This document shows positions 44,507-54,404 of a stretch of 64,000 nt of DNA, piece after piece. The translations under genes and the position numbers were made by a program. The DNA lies in NCBI GenBank assembly GCA_041752695.1, contig JBGSVZ010000028.1, forward strand, positions 11,299 through 75,298, written 5' to 3'. Each line of letters opens with the position of its first letter. Position 1 is the stretch's first letter. The notes under the pieces were generated by a model. The model ran no database searches. It worked only from the letters and a program-made list of their open reading frames with translations, and was not told the origin of the DNA. This stretch comes from Terrimicrobiaceae bacterium (GTDB lineage Bacteria > Verrucomicrobiota > Verrucomicrobiia > Chthoniobacterales > Terrimicrobiaceae).

Positions 44507-45742
44507 TTATGATTCCAAGGTTCCGTCTGTACGAGTCTTGATGAGAATATCTAGGAGCTTCCCGGCAACCAGATCGAGGGCGAAGTGGCGTTCTGCGCAG
44601 CGGCGGGAGAGGGAGGGGTCACCGAGGCGGTGATGTTTTTTCCGTTCTGCCATCTCGGCAAAAGCTGCCGCGAGGGATTCCGGATGGTCGTCCGGGAGGG
44701 GGATGTCCCGCGAACAGAGGTAGTCGGCATTGCCGTTGCTCGCCCCGACGATGACCGAGAGTCCGCAGGCTTGGGCTTCCGCGACGGATGAACCGAAGTT
44801 TTCCTCATCGCTGGGCTGGCACAGGATGTCGTGCTGGTGCAGGACACCGGGTATATTCTCTCGCGGGACGAACGGTTGCCAGTCGAGGCGTTCGGGATGC
44901 GGGAATTCCGCGAGCATTCGTTCGTAGCCAGGGACAAACCCCACGCCGCCAATGATGGTCAGACGCAGATCGACGCCGCACCGGATGGCCTCGGCAGCGC
45001 CCGCCAGAAAAAGGTCGAGGCGTTTGCGGGGAATGATCCGGCCCAGCCAAAGGCATCGGAGGCCGGGGGCTTCGATTTTTTTTTCGCAAAGAGCGAACAG
45101 CCTGAGGTCGATGGGGTAAGGGAGAACATGGATTTTCTCCGGCGCGACCTTGTAAAGGTCACGAAGAGTGTCTCGCGATTGCGTGCTTCCCACGATGAAG
45201 GCGTCGCTGGGACGGAACTTGGGCAGTCCGACCGGGGAAAGTCGGAGGCGCGCCATGACCCGCCATTTCCAGGCGGCGTGGCGTCCGGCAAGACGGGCGA
45301 CTTCGTCGAAGCGGGTGATCAGTGAGCGGGCGTCCGTGCCGGGCGGGCCTTGGGTGAAGCTAACGGTAGGAATTCCGGCAATCGCGCCCCGCGCGTAGTC
45401 GCCGAGCCAGAGGCAAAGATCGAAGGGTGTTTTTTCATGTTGCCCGGTGATGCGCTGGACGAGCAGACGGTTGTACGTCGTGGAATCCCAAATCCCGGCG
45501 AGCATGCCCAATATTGGGACCCGCGCCAGTTGCGAGCGGGTGTGATCCGGGAGGATGTTGTCCACATCGGTAAAGCGAAACGCAGGGTGATTCCCGACCG
45601 CGGGACGGGGGTCGACAAAGGAGGCTTTGGAAAAATAATGAACCGCACAGCCGCGAGCCAGCAGGGCACGCAGGAGCAGGGCATTGGCGCTGGCCACGCT
45701 GCCCGCCTGTTCCGACACAAAACCTGTGACCGCCAGCCTCAT
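44507..45742 (-). CDS. Glycosyltransferase family 4
   Basis: LGRIIPRKR, DILCQPSDEENFGSSVAEAQACG. Confidence 0.88.
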   Translation of the reverse strand: MRLAVTGFVSEQAGSVASANALLLRALLARGCAVHYFSKASFVDPRPAVGNHPAFRFTDVDNILPDHTRSQLARVPILGMLAGIWDSTTYNRLLVQRITGQHEKTPFDLCLWLGDYARGAIAGIPTVSFTQGPPGTDARSLITRFDEVARLAGRHAAWKWRVMARLRLSPVGLPKFRPSDAFIVGSTQSRDTLRDLYKVAPEKIHVLPYPIDLRLFALCEKKIEAPGLRCLWLGRIIPRKRLDLFLAGAAEAIRCGVDLRLTIIGGVGFVPGYERMLAEFPHPERLDWQPFVPRENIPGVLHQHDILCQPSDEENFGSSVAEAQACGLSVIVGASNGNADYLCSRDIPLPDDHPESLAAAFAEMAERKKHHRLGDPSLSRRCAERHFALDLVAGKLLDILIKTRTDGTLES

Positions 45743-46647
45743 CCGAAGCGCGCGTCGCGAATGGCGCGCAGGGTGGTGCGGAATTTTTCGGTGCGGTGAG
45801 GGTCCCGCTGTGCGCAAAGCCGGAAGTATTGTAGAAGTCCGGGAGCGGTGAGCGTTCCCGCGAGAACCGACCAGGCCAGATGCGTGGTGCGACGAATTTT
45901 TCCCGAGCGGGAGACGACAACTCGGTGTTCGTTCCACACCATGTCGTACAGCGCCTCCGGGGAAAAATGGCCGCGATGGATGAGGTCGTTGTCGTGCCTG
46001 GGAGCGATATGATGAAGGACCTGCAGTTCCGGGTCGTAAGCCACGTCATAACCGCGATGAGCGACATCGAGGCAAAGCGCCAGTTCCCAATGCACCTGGG
46101 CTCCGCGGCCGCGGAGCTCCTTCGCGAATCCGATTTCCCGCAGGAGCGGGCCGCGGATGGCCGCATTGCAGCCCTTGACCAGATCGACCGGACGGAACCC
46201 TCCCGCGCCTTTGTGGTGATTGCCCAAGATGCGTCCATACTTTGTAAAGAGGCCCACGGTCGCCGTGGTGGGCTCGGTTTTGCGCATCTCCGGGTGGTCC
46301 TGCAAAAGATCGCGGCCGCCGACGATTCCCAGGCAGGGTCGCTGCTCAAAGTGCTTTTCAATTCTGGCAATCCAATCCGGCAGCGGCTCCGCATCGTCAT
46401 CAAGCAGACAAACGACGTCCCCGTCCGTCCGTGCCGCGGCCGCGCCCATACTGGCGATCACGCCGGGCTCGTTGGCGACGGCGATTTCGACGGGATAGCC
46501 GACGGCGGCTTCCAGGGATTCCTTGTCCCCTGCACGGACACCGAGGATGATCTGGTCCGCGGGGCGCGATTGCTGCCTGAGGCCCCGCATGGCAAGGGCG
46601 AGATACGCGGTGCGTTTGAAAGTGGGAATGATGACCGAAATGCGCAT
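45739..46647 (-). CDS. Glycosyltransferase family 2
   Basis: ISVIIPTFKR, CLLDDDA, KGCNAAIR. Confidence 0.9.
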   Translation of the reverse strand: MRISVIIPTFKRTAYLALAMRGLRQQSRPADQIILGVRAGDKESLEAAVGYPVEIAVANEPGVIASMGAAAARTDGDVVCLLDDDAEPLPDWIARIEKHFEQRPCLGIVGGRDLLQDHPEMRKTEPTTATVGLFTKYGRILGNHHKGAGGFRPVDLVKGCNAAIRGPLLREIGFAKELRGRGAQVHWELALCLDVAHRGYDVAYDPELQVLHHIAPRHDNDLIHRGHFSPEALYDMVWNEHRVVVSRSGKIRRTTHLAWSVLAGTLTAPGLLQYFRLCAQRDPHRTEKFRTTLRAIRDARFG

Positions 46648-46653
46648 GAGAAG

Positions 46654-47550
46654 TTAAAGCCCAAAGCGCGGCGGAGCCTTTCCCTCGGCGGCCCGTGCGG
46701 TCCAGAAGGGGCTGCGCGGAGCGGAGCGGTATTTCCGGAGCCAACCTGGGAGTTGGGCCAGCGTCAGGAAATATTCGGCGGCATAGACCATGGCGGCGCG
46801 GAGGCTGTCGGCCTCGGGTCGGTGTCCGCGGAACCGGGAAAAAATGACCAAAAGAACGTGACGGGGCAGGCGAAACAAAATCTGTCGGGCCGGGGCTCCA
46901 AAATCCAAGCTGCTGATCACGCGGGCCTCCCAGCGATTTGCCAGGGTGGTGGCTTTGGGCAGCGGACGGGAGGGATGCTCCACGGCCGCAGCGGGAACAA
47001 AACGGATGGGCACTCCCATCAATCGCAACCGGGCAAAAAATTCCATGTCCTCGAACGAGACGCGGTACCGTTCGTCGAATCCTCCGCTGGTCAAATAGAG
47101 GTCCCGCGGAATGGCAAAGTTGCAGGACGGGGGAAGCAGCTCCTTCTCCGAGGCGCTGCGAGGCGCCTCCCAGAGAAGCGAATCTTTTTTCGCATCGGAC
47201 CGCAGGGTCGGACCCGCTAGGATTTCATCCTCGACTCGCATGGCTGCGCGATAAGCCCCCAGCAGGCCCGGTTGGGGAAGACAATCGTCATCGAGAAAAA
47301 TCAGCCAGTGGCCGGCGGCGGCGCGGGCACCGGCGTTGCGATTGGCCCCGGGTCCGAGCCGGGGGCCTTCCAACCGGCAAATCCCGGGAAACTGTTTCTC
47401 GAGCAGATGTTTCGTGTCGGGGCCGTCGCTGTCGTCACAGACCAGGATGCGGAAGTCGTCAGGCATTTGGGCAAGCAGGAGCCCGAGGCAGCGCTGAAGA
47501 TCCGTTGGCCGGTTGCGGGTGGGAACGAGGATGGTGGCGAGGTCCGACAT
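46654..47550 (-). CDS. Glycosyltransferase family 2
   Basis: ILVPTRNR, VCDDSD, NRNAGA, FLDDDC, GGFDE...EDME. Confidence 0.9.
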   Translation of the reverse strand: MSDLATILVPTRNRPTDLQRCLGLLLAQMPDDFRILVCDDSDGPDTKHLLEKQFPGICRLEGPRLGPGANRNAGARAAAGHWLIFLDDDCLPQPGLLGAYRAAMRVEDEILAGPTLRSDAKKDSLLWEAPRSASEKELLPPSCNFAIPRDLYLTSGGFDERYRVSFEDMEFFARLRLMGVPIRFVPAAAVEHPSRPLPKATTLANRWEARVISSLDFGAPARQILFRLPRHVLLVIFSRFRGHRPEADSLRAAMVYAAEYFLTLAQLPGWLRKYRSAPRSPFWTARAAEGKAPPRFGL

Positions 47551-48603
47551 TCAGACGGCGAGCTTGGCGAGGGCGGTTCGGACAACCTCATCCGGGGTGA
47601 TGCGGGTGATGCATAACAGGCAAACGGGCACGGCTGGGTTGTTGTAACAGCCGCCAAACTCACAACGCGGCCCAATCACCGTGACGTGAGGTCCGGCAGG
47701 CGCGACCCTTTCGGGCCGATTGGCTCCCATGATTGTGAGGAGCGGCGTTCCCACGGAAGCGGCAAGGTGGCCGATCCCGGAGTCGTTAGCGATGACCAGC
47801 CGGGCCATCGCCAACTGGAGGGCGAGTTGATCAAGAGACAAGTCGGTGCGGATGGAGAGCGCCGCCCCGGCTTGTTTCTGCAAAAGGGTAAGCAGAATTT
47901 TTTCTTCCGGGGTGCCGACGGCGAGAATGCAAAATCCGCTCTTGTGAAGCCGGCGGGCGGTCTCGGCATAGGCCTCGACGGGCCAGCGATTGGTGACCCC
48001 GCTGGCGCTCGATCCAGGATGAAGAATGACCTGACAATTCCCGGTGGATTCTGCGGCCGGCACGCGCAGCGGGTAGGGGATGCGGTCCTCACGCGTCACG
48101 CCCCCGGCACCCCGCAAATTGATGACGGTTTCATGGCCTTCGCCAAAAACGTAAGGACGCGTATAGACCGTTTGGTCCGGGGGAACAGTGGCAAAGCGGG
48201 GGCCGCGGCGATCGCTCGCGCCGGAAAGATAGGCGGCCAGTTCCATCCGCACTTCAAAAACGCCAAGCGAGTTGACGAAGCAAGCGTCAAATCCCCGGCG
48301 GACTTCGCGGAGGAGTCTGGCGTTCTGCCCGGATTTCAGCCGGACAATTTGATCAGCTTCGGCATCAAAAAACGGGGGAGCGATGCCCATCACGACAAGG
48401 GTGAGGGGCAGGGGGGCAAATTCTCGGCGAAAGCTCCGGATGGCGGGCAGCGCCATCAGCTTGTCGCCCAGTCCGCCGGTGAGCAGAACGAGGACGCGCC
48501 CGGACGGTTTGCCAGACTGGCGAAGGCGGCCCAAAACGGCCAGGAGCCACCGCAAACGCCAGGCTAGAAACTGCCGGAGAGAATGGCAGGCTCCCTCATT
48601 CAT
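47551..48603 (-). CDS. Glycosyltransferase family 9 (heptosyltransferase-like)
   Basis: GGLGDKLMALP, LHPGSS...RWP, ANDSGIGHLAASVGTP. Confidence 0.88.
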   Translation of the reverse strand: MNEGACHSLRQFLAWRLRWLLAVLGRLRQSGKPSGRVLVLLTGGLGDKLMALPAIRSFRREFAPLPLTLVVMGIAPPFFDAEADQIVRLKSGQNARLLREVRRGFDACFVNSLGVFEVRMELAAYLSGASDRRGPRFATVPPDQTVYTRPYVFGEGHETVINLRGAGGVTREDRIPYPLRVPAAESTGNCQVILHPGSSASGVTNRWPVEAYAETARRLHKSGFCILAVGTPEEKILLTLLQKQAGAALSIRTDLSLDQLALQLAMARLVIANDSGIGHLAASVGTPLLTIMGANRPERVAPAGPHVTVIGPRCEFGGCYNNPAVPVCLLCITRITPDEVVRTALAKLAV

Positions 48604-49750
48604 GGGCCGCGGGGGAAAGGCCGAAGGCCTGCAGATGGGCTGGTGCGATGACGTCCCAGGTGAGGGACTTTCGTTGGAAAGCCCCGCCAGCCCTGCCCAT
48701 TTCCCGGCGGAGAGCGGAGTCGTCCAGCAAACGCAGCAGCTTTGCTTCGACGTCCCGGGGTTGTCCGTCGCTCCAGAGGCCCGTGGTGCCATCCGCGATC
48801 CACTCGCGGGGCGCGGGGGCTTCCCCGCAGACGACGGGTTTATTGTAACTCCACGCTTCCGCAAAAACGATGCCGAAGGATTCATGACGGGATGGCATGC
48901 AAAAGATGTCACACGCCGCGTAGGCCGCAGCTTTTTCCCTTTCGTCTGGAACCTCCAGGTCGAGATAGGATGCGGCCGGGAGAAAGTCGGCGGGCTGGAT
49001 TGAGTCGCCCGGGCCCGCCAGCAAAAGGATGGCCTCGGGATGGCGGCGAAAAACCCTGGCCCACGCGCGGACGACTGCGTCGAATCCCTTTTCCTCCTCC
49101 CGACGGCCCAGATACAGGACGATCAGGCGATCGGTCAATCCGTGGCGGTACCGGAATCCCGGGCCATCTCCATCGGGCAGACACATGGGCGGCAGCCCGG
49201 AAATGACCGTGCGGTCTGTGGGTAAACCAAGGCGGACCAGGTGGTCGGCTTCATGTTGGGACTGACAAAAGACCGTGTCGGCTGCGCGGTACAATCGGAG
49301 GTCGATCCGGTCGTCACCCCACTGGCCAGGGTGCACCGCTGGCCAGATGGTAAACCGTGCTCCGCAGCGGCGCGCCAGGCTCAGCATGCCAAATCCGAAA
49401 AAATCCCAACCCGTCCCGACAAAATGCACCGCTCGGGGATGAAGTCCGGCCAGACGCTCGACGAGGGGCCGGTAGGTGGTGGAGATCCAATGCTCGAGAA
49501 GGGGATGGAGGAGCGGTCGGGAGCCCAGGCTCATCCACGCGCGCCGGGATTCGCGCACGAGGGGGAGAGGAAGATTTAGGTCATGGACGGAGGAACTGAG
49601 GGCGTCGCCTTCCGCCGCGCAGGTCGCAATTCGTGCCGTGCCGCGTGCCTGCAATTCCTCTACGAGATGATGTTGGTAGCGCGCCAGGCCGCCCGGGAGC
49701 GTGGATATCCGCCTCGTGGCGACGAGCAAATCAATCCCGGGGTGGCTCAT
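48596..49750 (-). CDS. Glycosyltransferase family 4
   Basis: YLGRREEEKG, DIFCMPSRHESFGIVFAEAW...KPVV. Confidence 0.9.
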   Translation of the reverse strand: MSHPGIDLLVATRRISTLPGGLARYQHHLVEELQARGTARIATCAAEGDALSSSVHDLNLPLPLVRESRRAWMSLGSRPLLHPLLEHWISTTYRPLVERLAGLHPRAVHFVGTGWDFFGFGMLSLARRCGARFTIWPAVHPGQWGDDRIDLRLYRAADTVFCQSQHEADHLVRLGLPTDRTVISGLPPMCLPDGDGPGFRYRHGLTDRLIVLYLGRREEEKGFDAVVRAWARVFRRHPEAILLLAGPGDSIQPADFLPAASYLDLEVPDEREKAAAYAACDIFCMPSRHESFGIVFAEAWSYNKPVVCGEAPAPREWIADGTTGLWSDGQPRDVEAKLLRLLDDSALRREMGRAGGAFQRKSLTWDVIAPAHLQAFGLSPAAHE

Positions 49751-50982
49751 CACACACTCTTGCGGAGGCGGACCGGCAACACCACCGGGCCATCTTTTTC
49801 AAATTTTGGCGGAAATCCCGTGCCATAAACGTCGGAGGCCGGAACGACAAACTCACCGACGGCGGTGCGTTCGAGGCAGCGTTTCCAGTTTGTTTCGTGG
49901 AAGCTCAAGCCGAGGAGGTAGGTGCCCGCGCCCAGCCGGTCGGCCAGCCCGGGCAAGGCAAACTCGATGTTCAGCGTTCCCTGGCGATCCCCGAAACGCA
50001 GGCCGGTGGTTTCGGGCCGAAGGTCGCAGAGTTCAAACCCGGCGGAGGTTTCAATATGCACGCCGAGTCCGGCATTGGGGATGGGGCGCGCGAGTTCAAA
50101 GTGGGCGTTGACCAAGAGCGTTCCATCGTCGCCCTCCTGGCGGATGGTGGCCTTGATCAGAGAAACTCCCGACGCGCGATTGACCGCCAGGGCGGCTCCG
50201 TTTGCGACGGCGGCGGTTCTGCCGGAGTAGGCCGCGAGGACCTCCGCGATATCCCCACGCTTCTCCACCCGGCCCTGGTCCAGAAGGATCCCGGTGGTGC
50301 AGAGCGCGCGTACCGAATGCATCGCGTGACTGACGAAAAGAACCGTGCGGCCCTGCTGGGTGGAAACTTCCTGCATCTTGCCCAGGCATTTGGCTTGAAA
50401 CTGGGCGTCTCCCACGGCCAGCACTTCGTCCACCACGAGAATCTCCGGCTCCAAATGCGCCGCCACGGCAAAAGCCAGACGCACGTACATGCCGCTGGAA
50501 TAGCGTTTCACCGGCGTATCAAGAAATCGCGCGATCTCCGCGAACTCCACGATCTCATCAAACTTCCGGCGAATCTCCGCGCGTGTCATGCCGAGGATCG
50601 CGCCGTTCAGGTAGATGTTTTCACGGCCGGTCAATTCCGGATGAAACCCCGTCCCGACTTCCAAGAGGCTCGCGATCCGCCCTTTGATCCCGATACGGCC
50701 CTCCGTCGGTTCCGTGATGCGGCTGAGCATTTTCAGCAGGGTGCTTTTGCCTGCGCCATTGCGCCCGATGATGCCCACCACTTCCCCCTGCTGGACCTCA
50801 AAGGAAACGTCCCGCACCGCCCAAAATTCCGCTTCCTCCAGCGGCGCCTCACGTTTGCCGCTCAGGAGCCGGAACGGGGCCTTGACGGCTTCCTCGACGG
50901 CATGACGCAATCCGCCTCCGCCACCTGCGCGGCCCAATTGGTATTTTTTGGAAAGTCCTTCGACGCGGATGGCCACACTCAT
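49750..50982 (-). CDS. wzt: Polysaccharide ABC exporter ATP-binding subunit with a C-terminal extension (Wzt_C-like)
   Basis: GRNGAGKSTL, GTGFHPELTGREN, YSSGMYVRL, DEVLAVGD. Confidence 0.93.
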   Translation of the reverse strand: MSVAIRVEGLSKKYQLGRAGGGGGLRHAVEEAVKAPFRLLSGKREAPLEEAEFWAVRDVSFEVQQGEVVGIIGRNGAGKSTLLKMLSRITEPTEGRIGIKGRIASLLEVGTGFHPELTGRENIYLNGAILGMTRAEIRRKFDEIVEFAEIARFLDTPVKRYSSGMYVRLAFAVAAHLEPEILVVDEVLAVGDAQFQAKCLGKMQEVSTQQGRTVLFVSHAMHSVRALCTTGILLDQGRVEKRGDIAEVLAAYSGRTAAVANGAALAVNRASGVSLIKATIRQEGDDGTLLVNAHFELARPIPNAGLGVHIETSAGFELCDLRPETTGLRFGDRQGTLNIEFALPGLADRLGAGTYLLGLSFHETNWKRCLERTAVGEFVVPASDVYGTGFPPKFEKDGPVVLPVRLRKSV

Positions 50983-50984
50983 GG

Positions 50985-51857
50985 TCAGATGACGTCCGCG
51001 AAGGAACGTTCGGTTTTGCGGAAATAACGGACACCCGCGACAAAAAACAGAGTGGCGACAATCAGCGACAGGGCCGTCCCGAGGCTGAAAAACTGGGCGC
51101 TCCCGCCCAGGATGGCCCAGCGGAATCCCTCAATGACTCCGACCAGAGGATTGAGCGAATAAACCAGATACCAACCCTCGCCAAGTTTCTCGCGCACAAA
51201 CTGGCTGCTGTAGCCCACCGGGCTGATGAACATGCCAAACTGCACGATGAAGGGAATAAGGAAGCGAAAGTCCCGGTAGCGAACGGTCAGCGCCGTGATG
51301 AGCAAGCCTGGTCCCATGGCAGCGAAAACCGCCAACGCCACAAAAACCGGCAGCGTCAGCATTCGCCAGGTGGGCCAAAATTGAAACCACGCCATCAATC
51401 CGCCAAGGATGAGAAAAGAGAGAAAAAAGTCCGCCAGGGAGACGATCACCGCGCTGGCTGGAACGATCACCCGGGGGAAATAGACCTTCGAAATCATGTT
51501 GGCGTTGCCGATGAGGCTCTGACTGGCGTTGGTCAGGGCGTTGGCAAAAAACTGCCAGGGCAGGAGCGCGGCGAAAACCATCACCGCATACGGGGCGTCC
51601 CCGAGCGAGGGGAGGTTCGCCATCTTGCGAAAGACAATCGTCATGATGATCATGCTCAACAGGGGTTGCAGCAGGGCCCAGGACGCTCCGGCCACGGTTT
51701 GTTTGTACCGGACGGCGACATCCCGCCAGGCCAGGATGAAAAACAGCTCCCGGTAGCGCCACAGGTCCAGCCAATAGTGTTTTTCGGCGTGCCCGGCTTC
51801 GATCCAGAGATCAAACGATTCCCCCGGAGTCGAATTGGATTGTACCTCGCTGGCCAT
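50985..51857 (-). CDS. wzm: Polysaccharide ABC exporter permease
   Basis: LWRYRELF..LAWRDVAVRYKQT, KVYFPR, YRDFRF, LNPL..VIEGFR, ERSFADVI. Confidence 0.93.
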   Translation of the reverse strand: MASEVQSNSTPGESFDLWIEAGHAEKHYWLDLWRYRELFFILAWRDVAVRYKQTVAGASWALLQPLLSMIIMTIVFRKMANLPSLGDAPYAVMVFAALLPWQFFANALTNASQSLIGNANMISKVYFPRVIVPASAVIVSLADFFLSFLILGGLMAWFQFWPTWRMLTLPVFVALAVFAAMGPGLLITALTVRYRDFRFLIPFIVQFGMFISPVGYSSQFVREKLGEGWYLVYSLNPLVGVIEGFRWAILGGSAQFFSLGTALSLIVATLFFVAGVRYFRKTERSFADVI

Positions 51858-52066
51858 GGGTTTCGTGCCCGTGAAAATCCGGGAGCAAGTTCCTTTTGTC
51901 GAGGAATTTACCGCGGTCATTCCCGCGGGACGATGGCGGGAGCGTGAGCGGGTCGCTTAAAGCTTGATCGATCGCAAGAGAGAAACTATTCCCACCCGAT
52001 GGGGCTCGTCAGGCAGATCAGAATGTCGGGTGAAGCGCCTCTCGCGCGAGAGGCTTTCGGCCATTT

Positions 52067-53605
52067 ATGAATAACGACGCGAAGGGAAAAAATGCGGGAA
52101 GTGGTGTGGCCAAGAAAGGGCTTGGCGAGGGCACCATCGGGACATTTGGAGCTGTTGTGGTGGGCCTTTCCTGCTGTGCTCCGGCTTACACCATGACGGC
52201 GGCGCTGGGCCCTGCGGCTGGTCAGGTGGACGATCAGCTTCCGGCGATTTTCATCGTCGGGTTCATTCCCATGTTCCTGGTCGCGATGGGATACATGGCG
52301 CTCAACCGTGCAATGCCCGACTCCGGAACGACCTTCACTTGGGCGACGCGGGCGTTTGGCCCCTGGGTGGGTTGGATTGCGGGGTGGGGGCTTCTGGCGG
52401 CGACGATTCTGGTCATTTCGAATACGGCCGGGATTGCCGAGACGTTTTTGTTCCTGGCGCTGGCGCAGATGTTTCAGAACGGGGCGATTGTCACGCTGGG
52501 CCAAAATCCTTTGGTGAATATTGCCGTCGTCCTCATTTTTCTGGCCGTGGCCACTTGGATTTCTCATCGCGGCATGCAGTCCACCAAGGGCTTTCAATAC
52601 GTTATGGTGGCGATTCAGGTATTAGTCCTTGTCTGGTTCGTGGTGGCGGCGTTCCTGGCCGCCAACAATGGGAGCAACCCCGATTCGATCCCCGTCCGCT
52701 TGAGCTGGTTTAATCCGTTCGCCGTCCATTCCTTCTCGGCATTTTCGGCGGGCATTGCCGTCTCCATCTTTGCCTATTGGGGTTGGGATACGGTGATGAC
52801 CATGAGTGAAGAAAGCGGCGAAGACGCAGGAGGCAGTTCCACCGGGAAGGCGGCGACCATCCTGATATTGACCTTGGTGGGTCTCTACGTGCTGATCGGC
52901 ACCGCCACGGTTTCCTACGCGGGTGTCGGGGATGGACCCACAGGATTAAATAACCCGAGAATGTCAGAAAACGTTTTTGGCGTTTTATCGCATCCGGTGA
53001 TGGGTTGGTCCGGGGTGTTTCTCTCGCTGGCGGTTTTGTGCAGTGCCACGGCCTCTCTGCAATCCACGGGCCTTTCCCCCGCACGCACGCTCCTGGCCAT
53101 GGGCTATTACAAAGCCCTCCCTGCCAAATTTGCTGAGGTGCATCCGACGTTTAAGTCGCCTTCGTTTGCCATTCTTGTTTCCGGGGTGATCGCCGCGGTC
53201 TTTTATGTGGGGATTAGGCTGGTCAGCAAAAATGCTCTTTGGGACAGCATCACCGCGCTCGGTTTGCTGGTTTGTTTCTATTATGGCATCACGGCCTTTG
53301 CCTGTGTCTGGTATTTCCGGCGCGAAGCCTTTCAGTCGGTCAACACCTTCTTGATGAAAATCTTCATGCCTGGATTGGGGGGAGTCTTGCTTTTCGTGAT
53401 TTTCATCAAGACGACAATTTCCAGCCTCGACCCTGACTTCGGCAGTGGAGCGGATATTGGCGGGATCGGGCTTGTGTTCATTATGGGAGCGGGAGTTCTG
53501 GCTGTCGGGGTGGTGACGATGCTCGTGACGTCGATTTTTTATCGTCCCTTCTTCCGCGGGGAGGTGCTCAAGCAGGGCACGCCCCTTTTGCAGCTCGAAA
53601 AATAG
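52067..53605 (+). CDS. APC family amino acid/polyamine permease
   Basis: About 12 TM segments; PDSGTTFTWATRAFGP, FAYWGWD, SEE, ARTLLAM. Confidence 0.88.
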   Translation: MNNDAKGKNAGSGVAKKGLGEGTIGTFGAVVVGLSCCAPAYTMTAALGPAAGQVDDQLPAIFIVGFIPMFLVAMGYMALNRAMPDSGTTFTWATRAFGPWVGWIAGWGLLAATILVISNTAGIAETFLFLALAQMFQNGAIVTLGQNPLVNIAVVLIFLAVATWISHRGMQSTKGFQYVMVAIQVLVLVWFVVAAFLAANNGSNPDSIPVRLSWFNPFAVHSFSAFSAGIAVSIFAYWGWDTVMTMSEESGEDAGGSSTGKAATILILTLVGLYVLIGTATVSYAGVGDGPTGLNNPRMSENVFGVLSHPVMGWSGVFLSLAVLCSATASLQSTGLSPARTLLAMGYYKALPAKFAEVHPTFKSPSFAILVSGVIAAVFYVGIRLVSKNALWDSITALGLLVCFYYGITAFACVWYFRREAFQSVNTFLMKIFMPGLGGVLLFVIFIKTTISSLDPDFGSGADIGGIGLVFIMGAGVLAVGVVTMLVTSIFYRPFFRGEVLKQGTPLLQLEK

Positions 53606-53606
53606 A

Positions 53607-54374
53607 ATGAGGGACGCTGTCCGTCCCGATCCGCCCTCGGGGTTGGCGGGGCTGGGGATTCTGGCTGTCTTCTGGGCCGTGCTTCCGCTTCTTGCCGGTG
53701 GGGCCGTTCTCTGGTTTTTGGAGCCTCTCAGCGATTTTCTGAGACAGAATTTGTTGCTGGGTTGGTTGCTTTATCTGGGGGTATTTGCTTTCGGCGCCGG
53801 CCTGGGGCTGGTTCCCACCTATGCGATGGCGCTTCTCGGGGGTTGGGTCTTTGGACCACTGGCCGGTGCCGTCGGTGCCTTGTTGGGATGCACCGCGGCC
53901 TCGGCATTGGGATACGTGATTTCCCGCGGGGTCTCGCGCGCGTCGTTGGTGGAATTGGTTCGCCGATTCCCGAAGGTGAAAGCCCTTTACGACGATTTGG
54001 TTTTAACCGGAACCAGACGTTCTGTGGTGCTGGTGGCTGTGCTGCGTCTGCCGCCGCAATGTCCTTTTGCCCTTGCCAATCTGGTCATGGGGGCGGCCGC
54101 GGTTCCCTTCCGCGCGTTTCTGTTGGGAACACTGGTCGGCATGTTTCCCCGAACCCTTATCGCCGTTTTGTTTGCCTCGGCCGGGGCCGCCACCGGGGCG
54201 CGAAGTCTGCAGGAACTGGTGGCCTCGGGCCCGGGCTGGCCGGCGCTCGTTCTCGGAATAGTTGCCATGGTGGTGGCGTTTGCGTGCGTCGGTTGGCTGG
54301 GCCGATCGGCCCTCAACCGCATTCGCCAGTCGCAAGCCGGGGAATCTCTCCCCTTCAAGACGAAGTTGCCCTGA
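53607..54374 (+). CDS. VTT/DedA (TVP38/TMEM64) family membrane protein
   Basis: GWVFG..AG, LRLPPQCPFALAN..G...VPF..F.LGT.VGMFPRT. Confidence 0.82.
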   Translation: MRDAVRPDPPSGLAGLGILAVFWAVLPLLAGGAVLWFLEPLSDFLRQNLLLGWLLYLGVFAFGAGLGLVPTYAMALLGGWVFGPLAGAVGALLGCTAASALGYVISRGVSRASLVELVRRFPKVKALYDDLVLTGTRRSVVLVAVLRLPPQCPFALANLVMGAAAVPFRAFLLGTLVGMFPRTLIAVLFASAGAATGARSLQELVASGPGWPALVLGIVAMVVAFACVGWLGRSALNRIRQSQAGESLPFKTKLP

Positions 54375-54404
54375 GTCGGTGAGTGCCCAGTCCAGGATGG
54401 CCCG

